Source of the DNA: a bacterium
Lineage (GTDB): Bacteria > SAR324 > XYD2-FULL-50-16
Direction of reading: 5' to 3'
Assembly: GCA_032250835.1 (NCBI GenBank)
Contig: JAVVEA010000009.1
Span: 1 to 64,000, forward strand
DNA length: 64,000 bases
Of this stretch, positions 30,850 to 39,031 are shown piece by piece. The notes beneath the pieces are model-generated. The model was not told the DNA's origin, searched no databases, and was given only the letters and a program-made list of their open reading frames with translations. Numbering within the stretch: position 1 is the stretch's first letter; every line of letters begins with the position of its first letter. A program made the position numbers and the translations under genes.

Positions 30850-31371
30850 ATGCGAAACAAGCTCTTCTTCTACTGCCTCTTCTTAGTCTTTGTTTTTGGG
30901 TTCAGCGCCACGCCCCTCTTTGCTAAGAGCAAAGCCGAGCAGGCCTTGGCCACCGCCGAAGCCAACAAAGCCCTGATCTTACGCTGGGCCAACGAATTAA
31001 ATGCCGGCAACTTGGATTATTTGCAGGTCCTGTTGCATAAGGACTTCGTGGACCACAGCGCCTTCCCTGGGGCCCCGAACGACAAAGCCGGTTATATGGC
31101 GGCCATGAACCAGGCCTACAAAGAGTGGTTCGCCGACATGCAGATTCGGGTCGATCAAGTGATGGCTGAAGGGGACCGCGTCTCTTATCGGGTCTATGTG
31201 ACGGCTATCCACAAGGGCAACGTGATGGGGGCCGCGCCGACCGGTAAAAAGATCGCTTGGCAAGATTTTGGCTTTTACCGCGTCCAGGAGGGTCAACTGA
31301 TCGAGCGGTGGGAGCTGCTCGACTCGGCAGCCTTCATGATGCAACTTGGCCTACTTAAGCCTGCAAACTAG
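30850..31371 (+). CDS. Secreted SnoaL-like/ester cyclase (NTF2 fold) protein
   Basis: Signal peptide, AEGDRV, H(K)G...PTGKKI and ERWELLD...MQLG. Confidence 0.85.
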   Translation: MRNKLFFYCLFLVFVFGFSATPLFAKSKAEQALATAEANKALILRWANELNAGNLDYLQVLLHKDFVDHSAFPGAPNDKAGYMAAMNQAYKEWFADMQIRVDQVMAEGDRVSYRVYVTAIHKGNVMGAAPTGKKIAWQDFGFYRVQEGQLIERWELLDSAAFMMQLGLLKPAN

Positions 31372-31697
31372 CTTTAGCCCGCCTTCAATGGACGCTTTTT
31401 TGAGGGCGCCGGATCAGGCTCGCAACGAAGAATCCTGCAGTTGCGCCAAGCCAAGCCATCGGAAGTTATGTTAGATTAACTACAATTTGTCGGGTTTATG
31501 GCACCTTTTGTAACAAAGATGACAATTTTTCCTTTTAGAACATTCGGCACATTTCTCTGATTATACGTAGACTTTTTAGATTTCATAACCGGCGTCATAT
31601 TTTTTGCAGTCCTTTGCCCCGGGCGAGGGAGTAGCCCGAATACCCGCTAGTAAGGAATGAATTAAAAAAGCTGTCATAGCAATCACCTGAGCTAAAA

Positions 31698-32747
31698 ATG
31701 AATCAAAACGTTCAACCCTCCGAAGCAACGCAGAGCGAGTCCAGCGGCAGTGCCACTGAACATTTGATCCAAGGTATTGAGGCAACCGCCGCGAAAGCGT
31801 CGCGCTTCAACCATGACTTGGAACGGATCATCGCGAACATCAACATGCTTTCGTTGAACGCCCTGATCGAAGCTGCTAATTCAGGCCCCGCCGGTAAGGG
31901 ATTTGGGGTGGTAGCTCAGGAAATGAAAAAACTGGCCGAGCGCATCCGCGAAGCCTCCAATGATTTTACCAATGACGTGATCGTGAGTCTGACCGCTCGC
32001 GCCGCCGAGAGCCGCAAGATCGACAACCTGATCGTGGGCGGTCGCTACGCCGACTTGGCCTTGAACTTAATCGACATCATCGACCGCAACCTTTTTGAGC
32101 GGACCTGCGACGTCCGCTGGTGGGCCACCGACAACGCGGTGGTCGAGGCTAAGGCGGACCCCGAATTGGCCTGCCGCCGCTTGGGCGTCATCTTAGATTC
32201 TTACACCATCTACCACGACCTTTGGCTGGCCGAGCCGGACGGAACAATTTTGGCCAACGGCCGCCCCGATCAATTTAAGGTGCGCGGTAAGTCGGTGGCT
32301 GCCGAAGGCTGGTTTAAAGACGCCATGGCCACCAAAGATGGTACCGATTACGCCGTTGGCGTGGTGCATGAAAACCCCTTACTTGACGGCGCAGCCGCCA
32401 TCCCCTACGCCACTGCGGTACGCGAAGGCGGATTAGAAAAGGGCCAGGTGATCGGCGTATTGGTGGTGATGATGAACTGGACTGGTCTGGCCGATGTAGC
32501 CATCGAAGCCGTCCGGTTCAGCGAAACAGAGAAGAACAATAGCACTTGTTATATAGTCGATTCTAAAGGGATGATCATCGCCCCCACCACCGACCCCGGC
32601 TTTTTAAAAGAGCACGTCGCCTTTGACAGCAGCGAACCCCAGAGCTACCAGTTCGACCGCAACAGCCTGATCGCCCAAGCAGCCACACCGGGCTTTGAAA
32701 CCTACGAAGGCCTCGGCTGGCGCGCCGTGATCCGCCAATACCTATAA
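31698..32747 (+). CDS. Soluble chemotaxis protein (short MCP signalling domain + Cache-like C-terminus)
   Basis: INMLSLNALIEAA...[27 protein letters not shown] and GFETYEGLGW; no TM. Confidence 0.85.
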   Translation: MNQNVQPSEATQSESSGSATEHLIQGIEATAAKASRFNHDLERIIANINMLSLNALIEAANSGPAGKGFGVVAQEMKKLAERIREASNDFTNDVIVSLTARAAESRKIDNLIVGGRYADLALNLIDIIDRNLFERTCDVRWWATDNAVVEAKADPELACRRLGVILDSYTIYHDLWLAEPDGTILANGRPDQFKVRGKSVAAEGWFKDAMATKDGTDYAVGVVHENPLLDGAAAIPYATAVREGGLEKGQVIGVLVVMMNWTGLADVAIEAVRFSETEKNNSTCYIVDSKGMIIAPTTDPGFLKEHVAFDSSEPQSYQFDRNSLIAQAATPGFETYEGLGWRAVIRQYL

Positions 32748-32758
32748 CCCCCCTCCTT

Positions 32759-32782
32759 TGAAGGGGGCCCCGGTCCCCTTCA
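32759..32782 (+). terminator. Hairpin after the chemotaxis gene
   Basis: tgaagggg...ccccttca inverted repeat. Confidence 0.5.
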
Positions 32783-33001
32783 GCATTCTTACGCTTTAGC
32801 CCAGAACAGTCTGCGGCACTGCTTTGGTGCCTCCCAGCCCTTTTGGGCTAATGGTTCAATCCGCCTTGCGCTACCCCCCCTCTCCTTTTTCCTGAGCGTT
32901 CATCTGATCGAAGGTTTCCGGCCCGCTAAGCTCATATTTTGTGCCCCATCGGGCCGTTGATTTTTCGTGCCCAAAGGATAGAGGTGGCCTTCCGGCAGGA
33001 T

Positions 33002-33037
33002 GGTAAGTTACCTTCCACTATTGGAAGAAAACTTTCC
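33002..33037. promoter_or_regulatory. Tandem upstream activator sites (candidate HoxA boxes)
   Basis: ggtaagttaccttcc (33002-16) and ggaagaaaactttcc (33023-37), 21 bp apart, upstream of an AT-rich tract and the sigma54 site. Confidence 0.5.
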
Positions 33038-33091
33038 GAATTGACGGGGTTAATTTTGTGTATATCATTGTAAATATAAACTATATTTCCA

Positions 33092-33107
33092 TGGCATGAT
33101 CTTAGCA
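33092..33107 (+). promoter_or_regulatory. Sigma54 (-24/-12) promoter of the hydrogenase operon
   Basis: TGGCATGATCTTAGCA = GG-N10-GC; an NtrC-type HoxA is encoded in the window. Confidence 0.75.
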
Positions 33108-33125
33108 AATAACGACCCTCTTAGG

Positions 33126-33215
33126 CCCACCAGATGGAAAGTTCGCGGTGCTGGGTGCAGAGATTCGGGGTTCCCATCCTGACGAATCACCAGCACCGCG
33201 TTCCTTTTGGCTGGG
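33126..33215 (+). promoter_or_regulatory. Long 5'-leader hairpin
   Basis: cgcggtgctgg (33144-54) pairs with ccagcaccgcg (33190-200); gattcg/cgaatc inner stem; ggaa/ttcc and ccca/tggg outer stems. Confidence 0.55.
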
Positions 33216-33243
33216 AAACGATCTTCAATCCTGGAGGAATCAG

Positions 33244-33819
33244 ATGAACTGGAAGAAATCCCTTTATGCCACTCTTGCGGCCGCTTTCGTTGCGGCTCCG
33301 GTTTACGCGCATACCGGTCCTATCGCCGAGGGCCTCAGCTCGGGCCTGCTCCACCCCTTCTTGGGCTTAGACCACCTGCTGGCCCTGTTGACGGTGGGGG
33401 TTTTAGCGGTGCGCCCTAGCGAAAGCATGCGCTGGTTCTTGCCCCTGACTTTTGCTGGGGTTATGGCCCTGGGGGCTTTGGTGGGGATGATGAATCCCGG
33501 CCCGTCGAACGTTGAATTTGCCGTTGCCGGTAGTGTGGTTCTGTTGGGTGCTCTGTTGATTTGGGGGCGTCAGTTCAACAGCATCATGCTGGTTTTTCTG
33601 GTTGCCTTGTCCGCCTTGATGCACGGTCAGGTCCACGGTGCCGAGGCCAGCGGCGCATGGTTTAGCTACTTGGGCGGTATGACCGTCTCGACCCTCTTTT
33701 TGCACCTCTGCGGGGTATTCCTGGGGACCCTTCTGGTTCGCAGGAGTGAGACTTCCTTGCGCCTCTACGGTGCCGCAACCTTGAGCTTGGGCCTGGCCCT
33801 CTGCGTAGGGCTGGTTTAA
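33244..33819 (+). CDS. hupE: HupE/UreJ nickel transporter
   Basis: Signal peptide-AH, HPFLGLDHLLA, HGQVHGAE and LHLCG. Confidence 0.92.
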   Translation: MNWKKSLYATLAAAFVAAPVYAHTGPIAEGLSSGLLHPFLGLDHLLALLTVGVLAVRPSESMRWFLPLTFAGVMALGALVGMMNPGPSNVEFAVAGSVVLLGALLIWGRQFNSIMLVFLVALSALMHGQVHGAEASGAWFSYLGGMTVSTLFLHLCGVFLGTLLVRRSETSLRLYGAATLSLGLALCVGLV

Positions 33820-33822
33820 GCC

Positions 33823-34164
33823 ATGCACGAGCTTTCGATCATCAATGACGTGCTGGACTCTTGCCTGAGTGCCGCCGCTCTCGAAGGGGCCGGGCAGATC
33901 AACCGAATCCGCCTCAAGATTGGCGAGCGCTCGGGGGTGAGTCTAGACGCATTGGGTTTTGCCTTTGAGGTCGCCCGGATTGGGACGCTCGCCGAGGGGG
34001 CGCAGCTGGACTTGGTGGCGCTGAAGGCCGAGGCACTCTGCCTAGAGTGCGGCCAAGTCTTTCGCCCCGAAATGGGCCTCTTTTTAGAGTGCCCCCATTG
34101 CCAAGGGGTGGGCCAATTACGTCAAGGGCAAGAACTACTGATCGATAGCTTAGAGATCCAATAA
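33823..34164 (+). CDS. hypA: Hydrogenase nickel chaperone HypA
   Basis: MHELS, CLEC and CPHC. Confidence 0.95.
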   Translation: MHELSIINDVLDSCLSAAALEGAGQINRIRLKIGERSGVSLDALGFAFEVARIGTLAEGAQLDLVALKAEALCLECGQVFRPEMGLFLECPHCQGVGQLRQGQELLIDSLEIQ

Positions 34165-34180
34165 CTAAAGGAGACCTGTT

Positions 34181-34978
34181 ATGTGCCAAGATTGCGGATG
34201 TGTCGAAACCGGCGCGGTCACCATCGAAGGCGGCTCGGGAAAGCCCCACAGCCACGGTCCTCATGGCCATGGCCACCACCATCATGCTCATGGGCACCAC
34301 CACCACGACCCGGCCCCGCCCGGCAAGGTGAAGGAACTGTCCCTTAAAGCGGCCATATTGAGCCAAAATGATCATCTGGCGGCCCACAACCGGGAACACC
34401 TAAAGGAACAAGGCATCTTCACCATGAACTGGGTGTCCGCCCCCGGTTCCGGTAAAACCAGCCTGCTGGAGCGCATCGTCAAAGACCGGCCTGCGGGCCG
34501 CGAGGTGGCGGTGATCGAAGGGGACCAACAAACCACCCGCGACGCAGAGCGGATCAGGGCCCAAGGGGCCAAAGCGGTCCAGATCGAAACGGGTAGTGCC
34601 TGCCACCTAGACGCCCAGATGGTCCACCAAGCTTTACACAACTTAGCTCCCGCCCAGGGGTCTTTGTTGGTGATTGAGAATGTGGGGAATATGGTCTGCC
34701 CCACCGCCTTTGATTTAGGCGAAGACTTTAAACTAGCGGTGATCAGCACGCCCGAAGGGGACGACAAACCCCTAAAATACCCAGACCTGATTTTAAACTC
34801 GAAGGTGTTACTGATCAATAAGATCGACCTTCTGCCCTATCTGGACTTTGATCTCGCCGCTTGCGAGGCCAATGCCCGCAAATTAAACCCTCAAATCCAG
34901 GTATTCGCCGTTTCGGCCAAAACCGGAGAGGGCCTGGATTCTTTTTATCGTTGGTTGGACGCTTCCATGAGCGCCTAG
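34181..34978 (+). CDS. hypB: Hydrogenase nickel GTPase HypB
   Basis: CxxCGC, His-rich tract, GSGKT, CHLDA, ENVGN and NKIDL. Confidence 0.96.
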   Translation: MCQDCGCVETGAVTIEGGSGKPHSHGPHGHGHHHHAHGHHHHDPAPPGKVKELSLKAAILSQNDHLAAHNREHLKEQGIFTMNWVSAPGSGKTSLLERIVKDRPAGREVAVIEGDQQTTRDAERIRAQGAKAVQIETGSACHLDAQMVHQALHNLAPAQGSLLVIENVGNMVCPTAFDLGEDFKLAVISTPEGDDKPLKYPDLILNSKVLLINKIDLLPYLDFDLAACEANARKLNPQIQVFAVSAKTGEGLDSFYRWLDASMSA

Positions 34979-35028
34979 CCCAAGTCAGGGAAACAAACCA
35001 CAAGTGTATCAATTAAGGGGAGTTGGCC

Positions 35029-36120
35029 ATGGACAATAAAAGAAGTATTTGGAGCCACGCGCAAGAAAAGGGCTACAACCGCCGGGACTTCATGAAGTTC
35101 TGCGGTTGGATCGGAGCCGCCGCGGGGATCGCCTCGACCCAGCTGGATCAGGTGGTCTACGCGCTGGAAAACAAACCCCGCCCGCCGGTTATTTGGCTGC
35201 ACTTTCAAGAGTGTACCTGCTGTAGTGAGTCCTTCATCAAATCAGACCACCCCTTGGTGGCCGATGTGGTCTTAGACATGGTCTCGCTAGACTATACCGA
35301 GACGCTGCAAGCAGCCAGCGGCCATCAGGCCGAGGCCGCGCTGCAAGAGACCATGAAAAAGTACAAAGGCCAGTACATTCTGATGGTCGAAGGCTCGATC
35401 CCCACCAAAGAAGACGGGGTCTTCTGCTGTATTGGCGGACGTAGTGCCGAGCAGATTTTAGAAGAAGCCGCCAAAGATGCCGCCGCCATCATCGCCTGGG
35501 GCAACTGTGCCTTTGCGGGCTGTGTCCAAGCGGCCAAGCCCAACCCCACCGGGGCCACCCCGGTGCGTAAATTGGTCAGCGGAACGCCGATCATCAACGT
35601 GCCCGGCTGCCCGCCCATTGCCGACGTCATGGCGGGTGTGGTGGTGCATATGTTGACCTTTGACCGCATCCCTGACTTGGATTCTCAGGGTCGCCCCAAG
35701 GCCTTCTATAGTCGCCGCATCCACGATACCTGCTACCGCCGTCCCAATTACGACGCCGGTCTGTTTGTCGAAACCTTCGACGACGAAAACGCCAAAAAGG
35801 GGTACTGCCTCTATAAGATGGGTTGTCGGGGTCCGGTTACCTACAACGCCTGCGCCGTCACCAAATGGAACGATGGAGTTTCTTTCCCGATCCAGTCGGG
35901 GCACCCCTGTATCGGCTGCTCGGAAGAAGATTACTGGGATCAAGGTCCGCTTTATGAGCACCTGCCCGAAACGGCAGGCTTCGCCATCGAAGGCACTGCC
36001 GACAAGATCGGCATGGCCGCAGCCGCCGTCACCGCTGCGGGCGTCGCCGCTCACTTTGTGACCGCCAACTTAGCCAAACACGAAGAGATCAAAGAACGCG
36101 TCAAGGGGAGTAAAGAATGA
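35029..36120 (+). CDS. hyaA: Membrane-bound [NiFe] hydrogenase small subunit (group 1d-type)
   Basis: Tat motif RRDFMK, CTCCSES, WGNCAFAGCVQA, GCPP and a C-terminal TM. Confidence 0.95.
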   Translation: MDNKRSIWSHAQEKGYNRRDFMKFCGWIGAAAGIASTQLDQVVYALENKPRPPVIWLHFQECTCCSESFIKSDHPLVADVVLDMVSLDYTETLQAASGHQAEAALQETMKKYKGQYILMVEGSIPTKEDGVFCCIGGRSAEQILEEAAKDAAAIIAWGNCAFAGCVQAAKPNPTGATPVRKLVSGTPIINVPGCPPIADVMAGVVVHMLTFDRIPDLDSQGRPKAFYSRRIHDTCYRRPNYDAGLFVETFDDENAKKGYCLYKMGCRGPVTYNACAVTKWNDGVSFPIQSGHPCIGCSEEDYWDQGPLYEHLPETAGFAIEGTADKIGMAAAAVTAAGVAAHFVTANLAKHEEIKERVKGSKE

Positions 36121-37835
36121 ATCAGAAACGCATCGTAGTCGATCCCGTTACCCGGATCGAAGGCCACCTCCGCCTTGAAGCGGAAGTCAAAGACGGCAAG
36201 ATTGTGGACGCCTGGAGCAGCGGGACCATGGTCCGGGGTTTAGAAAAAATCCTGGTCGGTCGCGATCCCCGTGATGCTTGGGCCATGGTGGGCCGGGTCT
36301 GTGGTGTTTGCACCAGCACCCACTCCCTCACCTCGGTCCGCGCCGTAGAAGACGCCGTGGGTATGGCCGTACCGCCAAACGCCGAGTTGATCCGCAACCT
36401 GATGTTCTCCACGCTGCATATGCAGGACCATGTGGTCCACTTCTACCACCTACACGCCCTCGACTGGGTGGACGTGGTCAGCGCGCTCAAGGCGGACCCC
36501 CAAGAGGTCAGCAAGATCCAGCGCAGCATCAGCAAGTGGCCCAAATCGAGCCCCGGCTACTTTAAGTCGGTCCAAGACCGCATCGCCAAGTTTGTCTCCT
36601 CAGGCCAGTTGGGTATCTTCGCCAATGGTTACTGGGGCCATAAGGCCTATAAGTTGCCGCCCGAAATCAACTTGTTGGGCGTAGCGCATTACCTAGAGGC
36701 GCTGGAATGGCAGAAGGAGATCGTCAAGGTCCACACCATCTTCGGCGGCAAGCACCCCCACCCCAACTTGGTGGTCGGCGGTATGCCCTGCTCGATCAAC
36801 TTAAACGAGGTCAACGCCATCAACATGGAGCGCCTCAACTGGGTCCACAGCCTGCTTAAAGAAGCCCAGGAGTTCATTGATCAGGTCTACATCCCCGACA
36901 TCTTGGCGGTGGCCCCTTACTACCTCCCCTGGGCCGGAATCGGCGGCGGGTTGGAGAACTACTTGGCCTTCGGCGACCAGCCGACCAACGGCTACGCCGA
37001 TGTAGCCAAGTTCCGCCTGCCCCGCGGAGCGATCTTGGGCCGCAACTTGGCCGAACTGCATGAGGTTGACGCCAAGGACATGACCCAGATCAAAGAAGGC
37101 ATCGACCATAGCTGGTACAGCTATTCTGGTGACCAAAGCCCCAAGCACCCCTTCGAAGGGGAAACGGAGTTTAACTACACCGGTCCTAAGCCTCCCTACG
37201 AGCACCTCAACGTCGAGGAGAAATACTCCTGGATCAAGACGCCGCGTTGGAAAGGCCACGCCATGGAAGTGGGTCCCCTCTCGCGTATGTTGGTGGGCTA
37301 TGCCGCCGGCAGCGACGACATCAAAGGGGCCGTAGACGGTGCTTTAGGCGCGCTCAAGCTGCCCGTTTCGGTGTTGTTTAGTACCTTAGGCCGCACTGCG
37401 GCCAGGGCCTTGGAGTCTCAGTTGGTCGCTAAGTGGGCCTTAGAAGACTACCATAAGCTGATCGCCAACATCAAAGCCGGCGATACCAGCACCTTCAATG
37501 CCGAGAAGTGGAATCCAGAGTCCTGGCCCAAAGCAGCCAAGGGTGTGGGCCTGACCGAAGCGCCGCGCGGTGCCTTGGCGCATTATATTGTGATCAAAGA
37601 CGAGAAGATCGACAATTATCAGCTGGTGGTGCCCACTACCTGGAACGGCTCTCCGCGCGATGCGCAAGGCCAACGGTCGGCCTTCGAAGCTAGCTTGATC
37701 GGAACCCCCGTGGAGGACCCGGAACAACCTTTAGAGATGATCCGCACCATCCACAGCTTTGACCCTTGTCTTGCCTGCGCGGTGCATTTACACACCGAAT
37801 CGGGCGAGCATGTCCACCGGATCAACACCTTTTAG
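36117..37835 (+). CDS. hyaB: [NiFe] hydrogenase large subunit
   Basis: VDPVTRIEGH, RVCGVC (L1), DPCLACAVH (L2) and a cleavable C-terminal tail. Confidence 0.97.
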   Translation: MNQKRIVVDPVTRIEGHLRLEAEVKDGKIVDAWSSGTMVRGLEKILVGRDPRDAWAMVGRVCGVCTSTHSLTSVRAVEDAVGMAVPPNAELIRNLMFSTLHMQDHVVHFYHLHALDWVDVVSALKADPQEVSKIQRSISKWPKSSPGYFKSVQDRIAKFVSSGQLGIFANGYWGHKAYKLPPEINLLGVAHYLEALEWQKEIVKVHTIFGGKHPHPNLVVGGMPCSINLNEVNAINMERLNWVHSLLKEAQEFIDQVYIPDILAVAPYYLPWAGIGGGLENYLAFGDQPTNGYADVAKFRLPRGAILGRNLAELHEVDAKDMTQIKEGIDHSWYSYSGDQSPKHPFEGETEFNYTGPKPPYEHLNVEEKYSWIKTPRWKGHAMEVGPLSRMLVGYAAGSDDIKGAVDGALGALKLPVSVLFSTLGRTAARALESQLVAKWALEDYHKLIANIKAGDTSTFNAEKWNPESWPKAAKGVGLTEAPRGALAHYIVIKDEKIDNYQLVVPTTWNGSPRDAQGQRSAFEASLIGTPVEDPEQPLEMIRTIHSFDPCLACAVHLHTESGEHVHRINTF

Positions 37836-37844
37836 GAGGCTATC

Positions 37845-38534
37845 ATGTCTACCCAAAAAATATTGATGACTCCGGTGTACGTGTGGGAGGTCCCGGTGCG
37901 GATCTTCCACTGGGTCAATGCCCTGTGCATAGTGGTCCTGGCCATCACCGGATATGTGATCGGAAACCCACCGGCCTTGATGTCGAGCCAAGAAGCCTAT
38001 CATGGCTATTGGTTCGGTACCGTCCGGTTCGTCCACTTTGCGGCGGGGTACCTGTTCACCTTCAACTTAGTCTACCGGATCTTTTGGAGCTTTGTGGGCA
38101 ACAAACACGCCAACATCCTCAAGTGGATTCCGACGTCCAAGGAACAGATCGACGAGCTGATTTGCGTGGTCAAGCTGGATATTCTCCAGATGGTCTGCAA
38201 GCCCATTGAGTCAGTGGGGCACAACGCCATGGCGGCGCTGATCTATGTCTTTTTGTTCCTGGCCAGCTTCTTCCAGATCATCACCGGCTTCGGGCTTTTT
38301 GAGCCCATGAGCGGGTGGTGGCTGGCTGGTATGTTTAGCTGGATCGTGCCCTTGATGGGCGGTGATATGGCCGTGCGCTACTGGCACCACGCCTTTATGT
38401 GGTTTTTTATTCTCTTTGCCATAGTCCATGTCTACTTGGTGATGTACCATGACTACGTCGAAGGTCGGGGCGTCTTAAGCTCCATCGTTGGCGGATGGAA
38501 GTTTATCCACGTAAAAGACCAGGAGAAGCCATGA
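37845..38534 (+). CDS. hyaC: Hydrogenase b-type cytochrome subunit
   Basis: WEVPVRIFHW, GHNAMA, conserved His ligands and SSIVGGWK. Confidence 0.95.
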   Translation: MSTQKILMTPVYVWEVPVRIFHWVNALCIVVLAITGYVIGNPPALMSSQEAYHGYWFGTVRFVHFAAGYLFTFNLVYRIFWSFVGNKHANILKWIPTSKEQIDELICVVKLDILQMVCKPIESVGHNAMAALIYVFLFLASFFQIITGFGLFEPMSGWWLAGMFSWIVPLMGGDMAVRYWHHAFMWFFILFAIVHVYLVMYHDYVEGRGVLSSIVGGWKFIHVKDQEKP

Positions 38535-39031
38535 AATTTTTGCTCCCCGAGCGGCAGTTGTTGGTGCTGGGTATTGGCAACTTGATCATGGGCGACGAAG
38601 GCGTCGGGGTCCACGCCATTGAACGTTTGGAGCCCCTGGCCGACGAACTCAACGCCGACGTAGTGGACGGGGGAACCGGCGGGTTCCACCTGCTCAACCT
38701 GCTCGATGAATATCCTTACATCATCCTGATCGACGCCACTTTGGATAACGGCGTCGAGGGGGAGGTGAAGGTGATCGAGCCGCGCTACACCACCGACTAC
38801 CCCAAGAGCCTCTCGGCCCACGACATCGGGTTTAAAGACCTGATCGAGTCGGCGGCGGCGCTGGGGTCGAACCCGAAGGTCTATTTGATCATCATCTCCA
38901 TCAAAGAGTTGCAAAACATGATGTTGGAGCTTTCGCCGGCCGTAGAGGCCTCTTTAGATACCGTCGTTTCCGAAGTGAAGCGGCTGGCCGCCAAGGTGCA
39001 TGAGGAAATGGGGGTTGCGGCCAACTCATGA
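38531..39031 (+). CDS. hyaD: Hydrogenase maturation protease
   Basis: GIGNLIMGDEGVG, DGGT and SAHD. Confidence 0.95.
   Translation: MKFLLPERQLLVLGIGNLIMGDEGVGVHAIERLEPLADELNADVVDGGTGGFHLLNLLDEYPYIILIDATLDNGVEGEVKVIEPRYTTDYPKSLSAHDIGFKDLIESAAALGSNPKVYLIIISIKELQNMMLELSPAVEASLDTVVSEVKRLAAKVHEEMGVAANS

Noticed and set aside
33120-33240. Cobalamin riboswitch before hupE
   Set aside because: The B12-box and AGGGAA...GCCCCCGCAACTGT consensus elements are absent.
37760-37790. [NiFeSe] hydrogenase
   Set aside because: The L2 motif is DPCLAC with ordinary Cys codons.
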